From: Lepidodermella squamata
Taxonomy: Eukaryota > Animalia > Gastrotricha
DNA length: 64,000 nucleotides
Direction: 5' to 3'
NCBI GenBank assembly: GCA_047495785.1
Contig: JBLDXI010000018.1
Coordinates: 248,001 to 312,000, forward strand
The position numbers were made by a program, and so were the translations under genes. Below the pieces are notes generated by a model. The model did not search any database. It was not told the DNA's origin and saw only the letters and a program-made list of their open reading frames with translations. Numbering within the stretch: position 1 is the first letter of the stretch; every line of letters begins with the position of its first letter. Below, one piece after another: positions 1 to 9,201 of the stretch.

Positions 1-1350
1 TCGGGTCGATTGGCATCAATGAACATTTTTTCCTGTCGCTACTTCGCGTGTTTTGCTGCGAGGAGCAGGCGAAATCACCGTGGGATGAACTGCACGTTTT
101 TACGAAATCGCTGTTCTGCACTGGAATTACTGAAAAGCTGATCGTTACATCGAGGTAATGGACAAATTAATTTAAAATTTTGATAATTTAGTTCGTTTTT
201 CGATGGATTTGAACAATTTTCTGTTTGTTCATATTTTGGGTTGTGAGGCGACAGTGGGAAAGACGATTTCTTATTTTTTTCCCAATTTTTTTCCATTTTT
301 CTTGTGAAACCGTGATTTTTGGAAACCTAAAATATCACTGTAATTTTGGACGTTACTGGAAATTCTGATTTTGATGTGATATAAATCGGAAATTTCGCTT
401 TGCAACTGGGATTTGACCAACTTTGAAAGAGTTGAACATTTAATTACTTTTCGATTTTTTCCAGCTTCGCGGTTAAATTGGCGTTGTCTTACGACGATGT
501 GGACGATAATTTTGCGTGGAAACTGGTCACTCCGTACTTCACCCAACTTTCGCGAGACGTGTTAACCAGCCAGCAACAGCGTTGCCAACTGGTTGCCCAC
601 TCAATTTGCCGCGAACTGATCAGCTCAAAGGAACATTCCTCAGTATTCGCCCTGGCCGAGAAGGCGCTCGACTCAACCTCGCTCAACAACGAGTTTTTAC
701 TCGACAGGTCTATTTAGTGTGCATCATCGATATTTTCAGGCGATTTCGCTAACTACAGATTGGTTGATCTGGCGCTGCGCGGCCCTCAGAAGCCCGATCT
801 GACGTACCTGGCCGGCCTGGCGTGTCGGATTTCGTGCGAGCTGCAGCTGCGGCCGAGGAGACCGCGTTGCTTCAACACGCTGCCGTGCCAAGGCGCGGTC
901 GTCCGGTGTGTTCAGCGTTGCATATCCCCTATCTAAGCATTAATCGCTAGTTTTTGTTTGTTTTTCCCCTCATTTTTTCGGCCGAAAAGACTCATCAGCG
1001 TGCTGGCTGCTCCGAACGCATCGAATTCGTCGCCGCAAACGCGAGCCGTTGTGATACATTCGGTTCTTGATTTGTTTTACGACCTTCATCCCCCTTGACT
1101 CTCGAATAACCCCACTTTTTTGACCCGCAAAACAGGCATTCAGACTCACGTCCTACTGCTTGGTGCAGCACCCGTTCGACCTGAGACTCTGGAAATTGGT
1201 TTGTCTTATTTGTGCGTGTTTTTTCGTAATTTCTCGGCGATTTTCTGTGAGCAGCTATTCGCGAGCCAGCGATCCCTGACAGCCAAGTTCGAACCCCTGC
1301 GGATGTATTGCCGTTTGCTTAGCCATTTGGGCCTCACTGCACCGGTGTGA
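1..1350 (+). CDS. 3' part of a multi-exon gene (5' end outside window); helical C-terminus, possibly HAT/TPR-like, family not identified
   Basis: Exons ~1-153, 464-707, 759-905, 990-1061, 1136-1198, 1255-1350 join in frame via GT-AG introns, giving ...SAFRLTSYCLVQHPFDLRLWKLLFASQRSLTAKFEPLRMYCRLLSHLGLTAPV*. Confidence 0.6.
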
Positions 1351-1752
1351 GATGCTTCTCTGTGTTACCCGTGCCCCAAATAGATTGATTGATGAAACAC
1401 ATGAAACACCCCTGTCGAACTGTGTTGAAACTTTACTCGCACTGTAAAAAGGAACAGAAGAATCTTGAATATTTTCTAACCCGGAGAAAGGTAAGTTCAG
1501 TTGCTGCTTTAAACTCAGAACCGATGAATTGCAACGAACCGGCAAAGTTCGAAGTTTTGTTGATGTTTCGCTGCTTCCGCGTTTGTGTTTATAAAAAAGA
1601 GAGGAAAAAAGAAAAGTTGCCTTGTAATTATCATATCAAAACTAACTGCTACCGTTGTTTATGCGTCTGTTAACCTTTCTTGCTGCTTATATACAAACTA
1701 AACTAGTTTTTTCGAATTGAATACAAGTGATTAAATAATGATGAATTGAACT

Positions 1753-2539
1753 TTATAAGCAAAGAATATCAATAAAAAACGGAAATGAAAATAAGGGTGA
1801 CTTGTTGGCATTGCGAGAGTTGATGATCGTTCTGAGCTGAAGAATTCCAGTGAACAAGTGGAAAAATGTGGGAAATATCTGCATGAATCCTTTCAGCCAG
1901 TAGAAAATTGAGTTGAATTCTCCAACGAATACTCGGCAGTACATGATAATCTTGCTATGATCCCTGTTTTATGCTCACTCCTCACTACTGTTCCAGCCGA
2001 TGCGGGAAAAACCTTAGCGCGATAGCGGATGCAGATTGTACGAGCAATAACCCAGCCGTAACGCCGTTTTGAAACTGTAAGGAGCTGAAATTCGAGTCTG
2101 ACTGCTTGTATTGAGGATCGCAGAGCAAACAGCGCCATGACCAAAAAGCACCGCACAATTCATCGCTGCCACTTGGATTAAGTGCTGTCATGCTGGACAA
2201 CATTGTTAGCCAATTTATAATACTGTCAATATAGTAAGAGGCGAAATATCAGGTCAGCGGTTAAAATTGCCCCGATCGCTACCGTCCAATAAGGCATCCA
2301 TCCATAGTTCGCCCGTGGACGCACAATTTCCAACTTGCTTCGACGTACAAATCTTCTTCCTCACTAAATTGCATCTCCGTCGAGTGGACGGCAATTCTAC
2401 AGGGTGACGTTAGAATCCAAATGACTAGAAGTATTGCACCAGGGATCAGGGATATTGCAAGCAGGACGTAGGAAGCAGAGATCGGGGTGAGTTCATCTAC
2501 AAGGATGGCGCGCATTGTGATCCGCAAATTTGACCCCAT
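1753..2539 (-). CDS. Putative uncharacterised multi-pass membrane protein (probably 3 exons)
   Basis: ORFs 2279-2539, 1985-2203 and 1753-1944 on one strand with hydrophobic stretches. A GT...AG intron at ~2224-2282 joins the first two in frame. Confidence 0.4.
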
Positions 2540-2653
2540 TCTACAGCTTTTCGTATCTCAAACTGTGTTTGGTCGTAACTCAAACTGGTTGTACCGTAGC
2601 AAGTCTAAACCACAAGCTTCAAAGAAGAGCGGAATCACCTTCTTTGCAAGCCA

Positions 2654-2726
2654 GGTTCCGTAGTGTAGTGGTTATCACGTCTCCTTCACACGGAGAAGGT
2701 CGCGGGTTCGAACCCCGCCGGAACCT
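2654..2726 (+). tRNA. tRNA-Val(CAC)
   Basis: GGTTCCG/CGGAACC acceptor, TCTCC-TTCACAC-GGAGA anticodon arm, GTTCGAAC T loop. Confidence 0.93.
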
Positions 2727-2804
2727 CGACTCTAGCCATGTTTTTTGCTGGCTGACTCTCCAATCGCTCATTCTAGAAATAGTCTGCTTTTTCTTGTACA
2801 ACAT

Positions 2805-2876
2805 GGGGATGTAGCTCAGTGGTAGAGCGCTTGCTTTGCATGTAAGATGTCCCGGGTTCAAACCCCGGCATCTCCA
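2805..2876 (+). tRNA. tRNA-Ala(TGC)
   Basis: GGGGATG/CATCTCC acceptor with G3:U70, CTTGC-TTTGCAT-GTAAG anticodon arm, oligo-T terminator follows. Confidence 0.94.
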
Positions 2877-2950
2877 ATTTTTTCAGCTTTTCAGGTCTCA
2901 GAATCTGCCACGTTCGATGGATAATCAATAAACCCAAGTTGACAGAAGGC

Positions 2951-2976
2951 GGCCCAGTGGCATAATGGTAAGGCGT
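2951..2976 (+). pseudogene. 5' fragment of tRNA-Arg(CCG) at a rearrangement junction
   Basis: GGCCCAGTGGCATAATGGTAAGGCGT matches the first 26 nt of intact Arg copies (one mismatch), then breaks off. Confidence 0.85.
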
Positions 2977-3374
2977 TTGGGTTTTTCGGAAATGAAGCAA
3001 GGCTGCCCGGTTTGCTTCATGCCTATGGTAAGGCTGCCCGGAAATGAAGCAAACTCGCTCCAAAAGATTATGCAAAGGTTCTACATGCGTTCAGTCACGA
3101 CAGCATTTTCAACTTTCGAAGCACATTTTCTATACCATTTGGAACTAGATCGATTGAAGTGTTCGGAATTACACCCAATTATATCAACCATGATTTCAAT
3201 CCAATTCAATCCAATTAGACTCCAAATTAGCATTAACCAAACCGAAGCTGAGCAATAGTAGCCAAGGTGTTCGTGATTCATCACCCCAACCTCAAGCCCC
3301 TCAAGCATTTTAATAAAAAATTGTTACGGCGAAAACCTCCTACAACTCTCAACTCTCAAGCTCTCACCATATAC

Positions 3375-3480
3375 GGCATGAAACATGCGTCACGTTAACA
3401 CGTTGACTCATTTGTCAGGTACGACGACCGTAACGCACGGCGTATAAAAAGTGAACAAGCGCGCCGTTTCATTCATTCAG
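3375..3480 (+). promoter_or_regulatory. Pol II promoter of the Cys-rich cassette gene (TGCGTCA, AP-1 TGACTCA, TATA box, Inr-like TCATTC)
   Basis: TGACTCA 3404-3410, TATAAAAA at 3443, TCATTC ~26 nt downstream. The block is nearly invariant in all three copies (also ~22149-22255 and ~57822-57925 minus). Confidence 0.7.
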
Positions 3481-3532
3481 CCAACAAGTCTTTTGTATAC
3501 TATCAAGTAAATCTAATCTACATCATCTAATC

Positions 3533-3940
3533 ATGTCAGTCATCGGCAGCAACAACTACAGGGCGAAAAGCGCGTCCCAGAGCGACATTGTGTCGGCCAT
3601 CTCGATGCCACAAGCAGCACCCGTTGTCGTGTACCAGCAACAGCAGGAAAAGAACAAAGGCTGCACGCGGAAAAAGTGTTTCATCGGCACGGCGCTGGGC
3701 GTGTTCTTCGGCCTGCTCGTGCTCGGCACCATCATCTACGTGGTGATGGTGGTGGAGTCGCAGTGCTACCGCGGCTGCCAGCGCCTGTGCACCGACGACA
3801 ACCACTGCACGGACACGTGCTGGAAGACGTGCTGGAAGGCGCAGTGGACCAAGTGCCCCGAGGACGGCGCCCGCGCCTGCTCCTACATCCTGTGGGACAA
3901 GGCCGTCATTAACATCGGCGGCCTCTTCGGCAAGAAGTAA
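3533..3940 (+). CDS. Orphan type II membrane protein with 8-Cys C-terminal domain, copy 1 (135 aa, intronless)
   Basis: Intact ORF with strong GC3 bias, one TM helix ([24 protein letters not shown]), C-x3-C-x3-C-x5-C-x3-C-x3-C-x7-C-x7-C, TATA upstream, AATAAA at 4121, conserved in 3 copies. Confidence 0.88.
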   Translation: MSVIGSNNYRAKSASQSDIVSAISMPQAAPVVVYQQQQEKNKGCTRKKCFIGTALGVFFGLLVLGTIIYVVMVVESQCYRGCQRLCTDDNHCTDTCWKTCWKAQWTKCPEDGARACSYILWDKAVINIGGLFGKK

Positions 3941-4204
3941 TCAGTCATCACTGTTCGCAATCACACGAGAATGGTTGACGAGTTGTTGCTCAGTCATTTG
4001 AAGCTACAACAGAATGCCGGAATCTCTTTTTAAGCTCACTTGAACAACTTGGTTCGGAAAACCGTCTTTGAATTATTTTTATACGATCATTATTTATAGT
4101 CAACTCAAATATTTTCAACAAATAAAGGAATTTTGTAATGCAATGCAAACTGTTTATTTACGGACAAACTTGGAAATGAGGTAATGAGACAGGACTATAA
4201 CGAC

Positions 4205-4276
4205 GGCCCAGTGGCCTAATGGTAAGGCGTCGGCCTCCGGAGCCGGAGATTGTGGGTTCGAGTCCCATCTGGGTCG
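4205..4276 (+). tRNA. tRNA-Arg(CCG)
   Basis: GGCCCAG/CTGGGTC acceptor, TCGGC-CTCCGGA-GCCGG anticodon arm, GTTCGAGT T loop. Confidence 0.93.
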
Positions 4277-4350
4277 AAATCTGTTTTTTCGATTTCAGGT
4301 TTCAAGCCAAAGACTTGATCAGCTTCAGTGAAACCAACATTCCATGAGCC

Positions 4351-4376
4351 GGCTCAGTAGAGCATCTGTCTTTGCA
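4351..4376 (+). pseudogene. Degenerate tRNA-Thr(TGT) remnant (also ~17921-17946, ~23135-23160, ~56895-56925 minus)
   Basis: GGCTCAGTAG-AGCATCTGTCTT is the intact Thr 5' half with the D arm deleted; same position in the unit (after Arg). Confidence 0.75.
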
Positions 4377-4503
4377 TATACTTGCATATAATAACAGATT
4401 TCTGTGTATATTTTTCTAACTGTCAGTTGAAGTCGACTGTCGATCAAAGCCAGTCAATTGATAAAGACCCAACTCTAGAAATGACCCAATTGCACCTCGA
4501 GCA

Positions 4504-4577
4504 GCCTCCTTGGCTCAGTTGGCTAGAGCGCCAGTCTCATAATCTGGAGGTCGTGAGTTCGATCCTCACAGGGGGCA
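4504..4577 (+). tRNA. tRNA-Met(CAT), elongator type
   Basis: GCCTCCT/AGGGGGC acceptor (G1:C72, not initiator A1:U72), CT-CAT-AA loop, GTTCGATC T loop. Confidence 0.93.
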
Positions 4578-5469
4578 GCTTAAATCTTTTTCTGTTTCAA
4601 TTCTGCATTTGGGACACACGCTTAAAAAAAGTCATGCAGTTGATTAAAAAGGGTCTGCCGCAATAATTAGGTAGCTCACCACTTTATCATAAATAAACCA
4701 TGTAATAATAAAAACGTGGGTACGTTTTTTCGGGTGTGTCTCATTTCTCTAGGGGAAGGTCACACCTCTCTGCCCCAGAAACCAATTTGGAATATATTCG
4801 TTGGAATATAAATGATTCGACAGATTGAAATTTACAACCGAATAAAAAACCAACTGAGTGACACTGCCGAGCTCAAAACTAACTTGCGGGAATCCCGGGC
4901 GTATCTTATTTTCCGCCTGAAACATCAGCTTTTTTCGTCCTGCTGCAATATTATTCACTTATGTAATTTCCACTCAAAATAATTCCCCCATCCTTCGAAT
5001 CAAATTTTGCTGGTTGTGCTGGTCAGCCTGGTCAGATTTTTCTCTTATTGGTAATTATTTTTGTTAGAATGGTTGGACTTTGTATTGTACCAGGACACAA
5101 ATAAAGATTTTTATGTTTTTATGTTTATATGCTTAACGTCAATTTTTTCTCTGCTAGCTTGTTTTCCAATATATGTTCCGTTTACACACTTCGCTTTAAT
5201 AATATTATGCCCCAGTAATTTTTCAACATTCAATACGACAAAAATTTGATAACATTTCAACCAGTTGCATACCTGCAGAAGCACGTTTTCTCGTCAGCTT
5301 TATTTTTATTACACCTAATTATCTGCAATAAACTTCACAATCATAGACCATTGAAGAAATCTGCTCTTGAATAATGAAACTATCATGGAACGATGAGTAA
5401 AGCTTGTTATTTATCGTGATAGCAGTATCTATCATCGACAGAAAGGTATTCATGTTATTTTGCTCAAAA

Positions 5470-8400
5470 TCAGTAACGGCCTTGGCCAATAGACGTGTCG
5501 CCTTTCTTGATTGTTGAAACAAATTGGGGCCAACGACCACCAGTGTCCTGAAGAAACATTTCAAAAAATAAATTGTTTTCCACACTTTGCAGCAAGTTTT
5601 CATCGGTCGATTGTAAACATTGCTGACTGAGGTTGAATGCTTCGCGATTTTCTTCAAAAAACTCTTTGTACCTGCGACACTCCTCAATCAATCCAGATGG
5701 CTGGGCTTCAGGAGTTCTCAGCGTTTTTCGTCTTGTATTTTCGTCGCCTTGGCTTAACATGTCGCATAATCGGTAAAGCGTTTCCATGATGCTGGACTGA
5801 TCCTTGACGATCAACGCGTGGTGCAATTGTTTCATAAGCAAAAAATTCAATCGAGCTGCCAACTGTACATGTTTCTGTTTTTCCTGTTCCAATTGCGCTT
5901 CGAGCCGATTCACGTCTCCACCGGTGGATTGAAGGACTTGCTCAGATTCTTCAACGATTTTCTGGAGGCCTTTGAGTGCCGCAGCCTTCTGCGTCGCATG
6001 AAGGATATGTTCACGTTCCGTAATTTTCTGCTTCAGCTGCTCGGATTCGTTTTCAAGCTTAAATAGTTCATCTTTCAACTGGAGAGCGCTGGCTTCTTCT
6101 CGACTACAGGAAACGTACAAGGAATAAATTTCAGCATTCAGGTTGACAATGGAGCTATCGTTCAAATCGATGTTGGGAATTTCATGAATTATCTTGAGAC
6201 AAGGATACGGTTTGGATCCATTGAAATCTAATTCGAACTGATAGCAAACGCGTTTTGAATCGCTGGCAGCCTTTGAAGAGAGCATTCGGAACTTTTGTCC
6301 TCGCAAAATCGCGCGGTACTTGCCACCTTGACGACTAGACATTAAAAGCTTGCGTTCTTCGCCGTTTCGAGGCGCAATATAGAAGTCTTTGGATATGAAC
6401 ACATGGTTCAACAGACTTGCTTTGTAGCCTGCCAAGTTATGCACTTGCTCGCTGCCATTTTCCTCATCAGCGTCCGTCATAGCTCGAACTTTTTCCAGCG
6501 CACGCTCGCCTGCACCTTGCTTCCAGTGCACCGTAGTTATTTTCGATTCTTTCTTGTAATCAATTTCATACAATATTTGTTCAGTGGAGCCTGTTGACAG
6601 TTCTTTGATTTTACCCTCGAGAATTTTCTGCTGCTGCCGTGCATCTGTTACATGGTCGGCAATCTCTGTCAGTTCAAGGCGGATAGCACTGATCCTGTTT
6701 TCCTTCGACTGCGCTTGAGCTTTCATCGCCATTACACCGCTTTCCAATGCCGAGGTGTTCTGTTGATTCATGGCTTGTATGAGCTGTTTCAATTCCTCTT
6801 CAACGTCTGCCGGGTCGCTACTTTTAAGCTGTTCCATCTTTCCTTTCGTCGATGCAACCTCTTCTATCAGTTGAGCCATCCTTTCTTTGGTTTTTTCAAC
6901 TTCAGATTGACAACGCTCGATTTCACTGGCCTTCTTCGATACTTCTGCTTTAGCTTTCGCGATATCAGACGGGAGGAGTTCTAGCATTCGCTGTAACACG
7001 TTCAGATTGGTGTGCGCTGAAAGATTGATGTAATGAGCCAATTGTTGCCTCAAATCGTCTCGCTCGAAAACATTATTGATATCAGTTTTTGAAATGCCAG
7101 GGCAAGACAAAAATTTCCGCAGCGTCTTCCGACGTTCCACCGTATTATCAATGTCAACAAAGACGACTTGTTTTCTTAGGTGCCATCTTAACAGAGCTTC
7201 CAATACGGAAATCCGGCTTCGAGTTTCCTCGGTATCACTGACCGCTGACTCTTTGAGCTGGCGTTCCAATTGAATCTTATTTTCTTTGAGTAGATCATTG
7301 ATTCGCATTTCAAAAAATTGTTCCGTTTCAAAAGGATCTTTCGCCTTCGTAACCAAAATGAAAACGGAATCTTTTGCCGTTGAGTTAGGGTCGAAAGCGG
7401 TGGGGAACATTTCTTGGAAAGATTGAATGTTATCAACCAGAAGACTTGAACGATTGGCGGCGAGAAGATTGTAATCAATAACAAGAACAGCAGCCCGAAT
7501 TTTAGCAGCAACCTGGATCGTCTGCTCAATGCTCAGCATCGCCAAGATTTGATAATTGATTCCACGCGTGTCGCTAAATCCAGGAGAATCCACAAATGAA
7601 CACTTATCAAAGTTTTCCCGGGGCAGTGACGCATTTTTGTCCCGACATAATTGCTTGATAACATCAGGTGGAATAGGAAACCCTTTGGTGAAAGCAGTTT
7701 CAGAAGTTCCCAAAGATTGTCCAATCTTCGCGATTGATGCGGGATCCAAATTTCTTTCATCGACTTGCAAAAAGACTTCGCCCAATCGTGTGTTTTGGAG
7801 AAAAGCATGATTCAAATAAAAATTGATGCAAGTGCTCTTGCCAGCGCCGGTGAGTCCAAGAAATAAAATCAGTTCTTTTCCCATAAGATCAGCAAGATTA
7901 TCCTTGAACTCATCGGACAGTGACATCGCTTTCATGACATCCAAGCTTTCTGGTCTCATTAGCCATCGCATGAAGTTGGCACGATGGATCAAAGGCTTGA
8001 AGACTTTACAAAAATCAACTTTGGCTGAGTTCACCTCATTGCCACGAACACTCGCATCAAGTTGCAAAACTGAAGCGACTTTGCGTCGAATTGCAGTCAT
8101 TAATGTATCATCGACGGGCGTTGATAGACTGTCCGATATGGCCGCATTGGCTTCTGTTTCAGTCTTTGTTAGCATAACTATCAGCAAACTGTTCAGCAAT
8201 CGATGCTTTGGATCCTGGAGAAGCAAGTTAACAATGTCATCCTGAAGCTCTTCGATCATTTCAAAGTTTCGTAATTTCATCTCGTCATTGGACACGATCT
8301 TCTCTCTGACAACAATTCTTTCTAGTTGACTTGTCTCCAAAGCAACCTCTTCCCATGCCAAAATCGTTAAACTACGGACGTCGTCGAAGGAGAAATCAGC

Positions 8401-9201
8401 CTTTTGACCATTGATGTGGAATAAATCCACCGAAACAATCGCTCCTTCACTTTCTTCGGTGCTGACTTTCAAATCGTAGACATTATTGCCCGAATGTTCA
8501 TCTGTTGCATGCAGTCTGAACTTAACAATAGCGTCATTTTGCTTATAACGGATAACCGATAAAAAAGCCGATAGAGGATTTTGATACGGGTCTGTCTCTC
8601 GAAGTCTCTCGATAGAATAGTGCCAGTTCCCGAAAATTGATCGCGATCGACTTTGCTGGGCAAACATGACTTTGTCCACTTTCTCCGTTTTATTGCAAAT
8701 CAGCTCTTGCAGGAAGTCGACCAAGTCGCGTTGCCTCGCTCGGGACATACTAATCCCACAGAACAAATTGTTTTGGGCTTTCATGAGAAGAGTCGCTTCA
8801 GTTTTCAGCCTCTCCTCCGCCTCCAATTTTAGTTCCCACTCAGTCTCATTGCCAGGGTTACAATGCTTTCGCACTTCCAGCACTTCATAATTCGCGTTTA
8901 TTGGAGCATCGAACTGCAAGACCTTCTCTTTAAGCTGGTCGGCATTTTCGATAATTAGCTCGTGCAACTTGCGAAGTCGGTGGGCTCTCATCATTTCCTT
9001 CACCACACTCGTCCAGTTGTCTTGCAACTGCTGCGACAACGTCGTCAGGTTTTCGTTGCCAACCTTCTGAGTTATGAACTCCACCATTTCAGTTATTTTT
9101 TGCTGATCCAGCTTTTTGAGAAGCTCGCGTCGAGTGTCTTCATTCCAAGACTTTATCAGCGGAATTTCAAGAAAACCCTTCAAATACTCGTTGCCAGACA
9201 T
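5470..9201 (-). CDS. Intronless ~1243-aa TRAFAC-class P-loop GTPase with long coiled coils (AIG1/septin/dynamin-like G domain)
   Basis: Uninterrupted 3.7-kb ORF (ATG at 9201). G1 GLTGAGKST, G2 SET, G3 DSPG(F-DTRG), G4-like TKAKD. Two heptad-rich segments flank a ~140-aa beta-rich insert. Confidence 0.85.
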   Translation of the reverse strand: MSGNEYLKGFLEIPLIKSWNEDTRRELLKKLDQQKITEMVEFITQKVGNENLTTLSQQLQDNWTSVVKEMMRAHRLRKLHELIIENADQLKEKVLQFDAPINANYEVLEVRKHCNPGNETEWELKLEAEERLKTEATLLMKAQNNLFCGISMSRARQRDLVDFLQELICNKTEKVDKVMFAQQSRSRSIFGNWHYSIERLRETDPYQNPLSAFLSVIRYKQNDAIVKFRLHATDEHSGNNVYDLKVSTEESEGAIVSVDLFHINGQKADFSFDDVRSLTILAWEEVALETSQLERIVVREKIVSNDEMKLRNFEMIEELQDDIVNLLLQDPKHRLLNSLLIVMLTKTETEANAAISDSLSTPVDDTLMTAIRRKVASVLQLDASVRGNEVNSAKVDFCKVFKPLIHRANFMRWLMRPESLDVMKAMSLSDEFKDNLADLMGKELILFLGLTGAGKSTCINFYLNHAFLQNTRLGEVFLQVDERNLDPASIAKIGQSLGTSETAFTKGFPIPPDVIKQLCRDKNASLPRENFDKCSFVDSPGFSDTRGINYQILAMLSIEQTIQVAAKIRAAVLVIDYNLLAANRSSLLVDNIQSFQEMFPTAFDPNSTAKDSVFILVTKAKDPFETEQFFEMRINDLLKENKIQLERQLKESAVSDTEETRSRISVLEALLRWHLRKQVVFVDIDNTVERRKTLRKFLSCPGISKTDINNVFERDDLRQQLAHYINLSAHTNLNVLQRMLELLPSDIAKAKAEVSKKASEIERCQSEVEKTKERMAQLIEEVASTKGKMEQLKSSDPADVEEELKQLIQAMNQQNTSALESGVMAMKAQAQSKENRISAIRLELTEIADHVTDARQQQKILEGKIKELSTGSTEQILYEIDYKKESKITTVHWKQGAGERALEKVRAMTDADEENGSEQVHNLAGYKASLLNHVFISKDFYIAPRNGEERKLLMSSRQGGKYRAILRGQKFRMLSSKAASDSKRVCYQFELDFNGSKPYPCLKIIHEIPNIDLNDSSIVNLNAEIYSLYVSCSREEASALQLKDELFKLENESEQLKQKITEREHILHATQKAAALKGLQKIVEESEQVLQSTGGDVNRLEAQLEQEKQKHVQLAARLNFLLMKQLHHALIVKDQSSIMETLYRLCDMLSQGDENTRRKTLRTPEAQPSGLIEECRRYKEFFEENREAFNLSQQCLQSTDENLLQSVENNLFFEMFLQDTGGRWPQFVSTIKKGDTSIGQGRY

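Noticed and set aside
921-990. Possible U12 AT-AC intron (ATATCCCC...AC)
   Set aside because: A GT-AG intron at 906-989 restores the reading frame, and the donor does not match ATATCCTT.
2654-2726. Unusual or suppressor tRNAs; T at position 73 of tRNA-Val
   Set aside because: All anticodons match their bodies. T73 is shared by all Val copies, and I have no evidence that it changes identity.
3536-3912. Overlapping and antisense ORFs on the cassette gene (also 22281-22829, 57236-57793) and on DNAH6 exons
   Set aside because: Shadow ORFs caused by high GC3; no independent start or promoter evidence.
4382-4666. Repeated small ORFs containing [47 protein letters not shown] or [12 protein letters not shown]
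   Set aside because: These are translations of the tRNA-Met, -Val and -Ala genes, not proteins.
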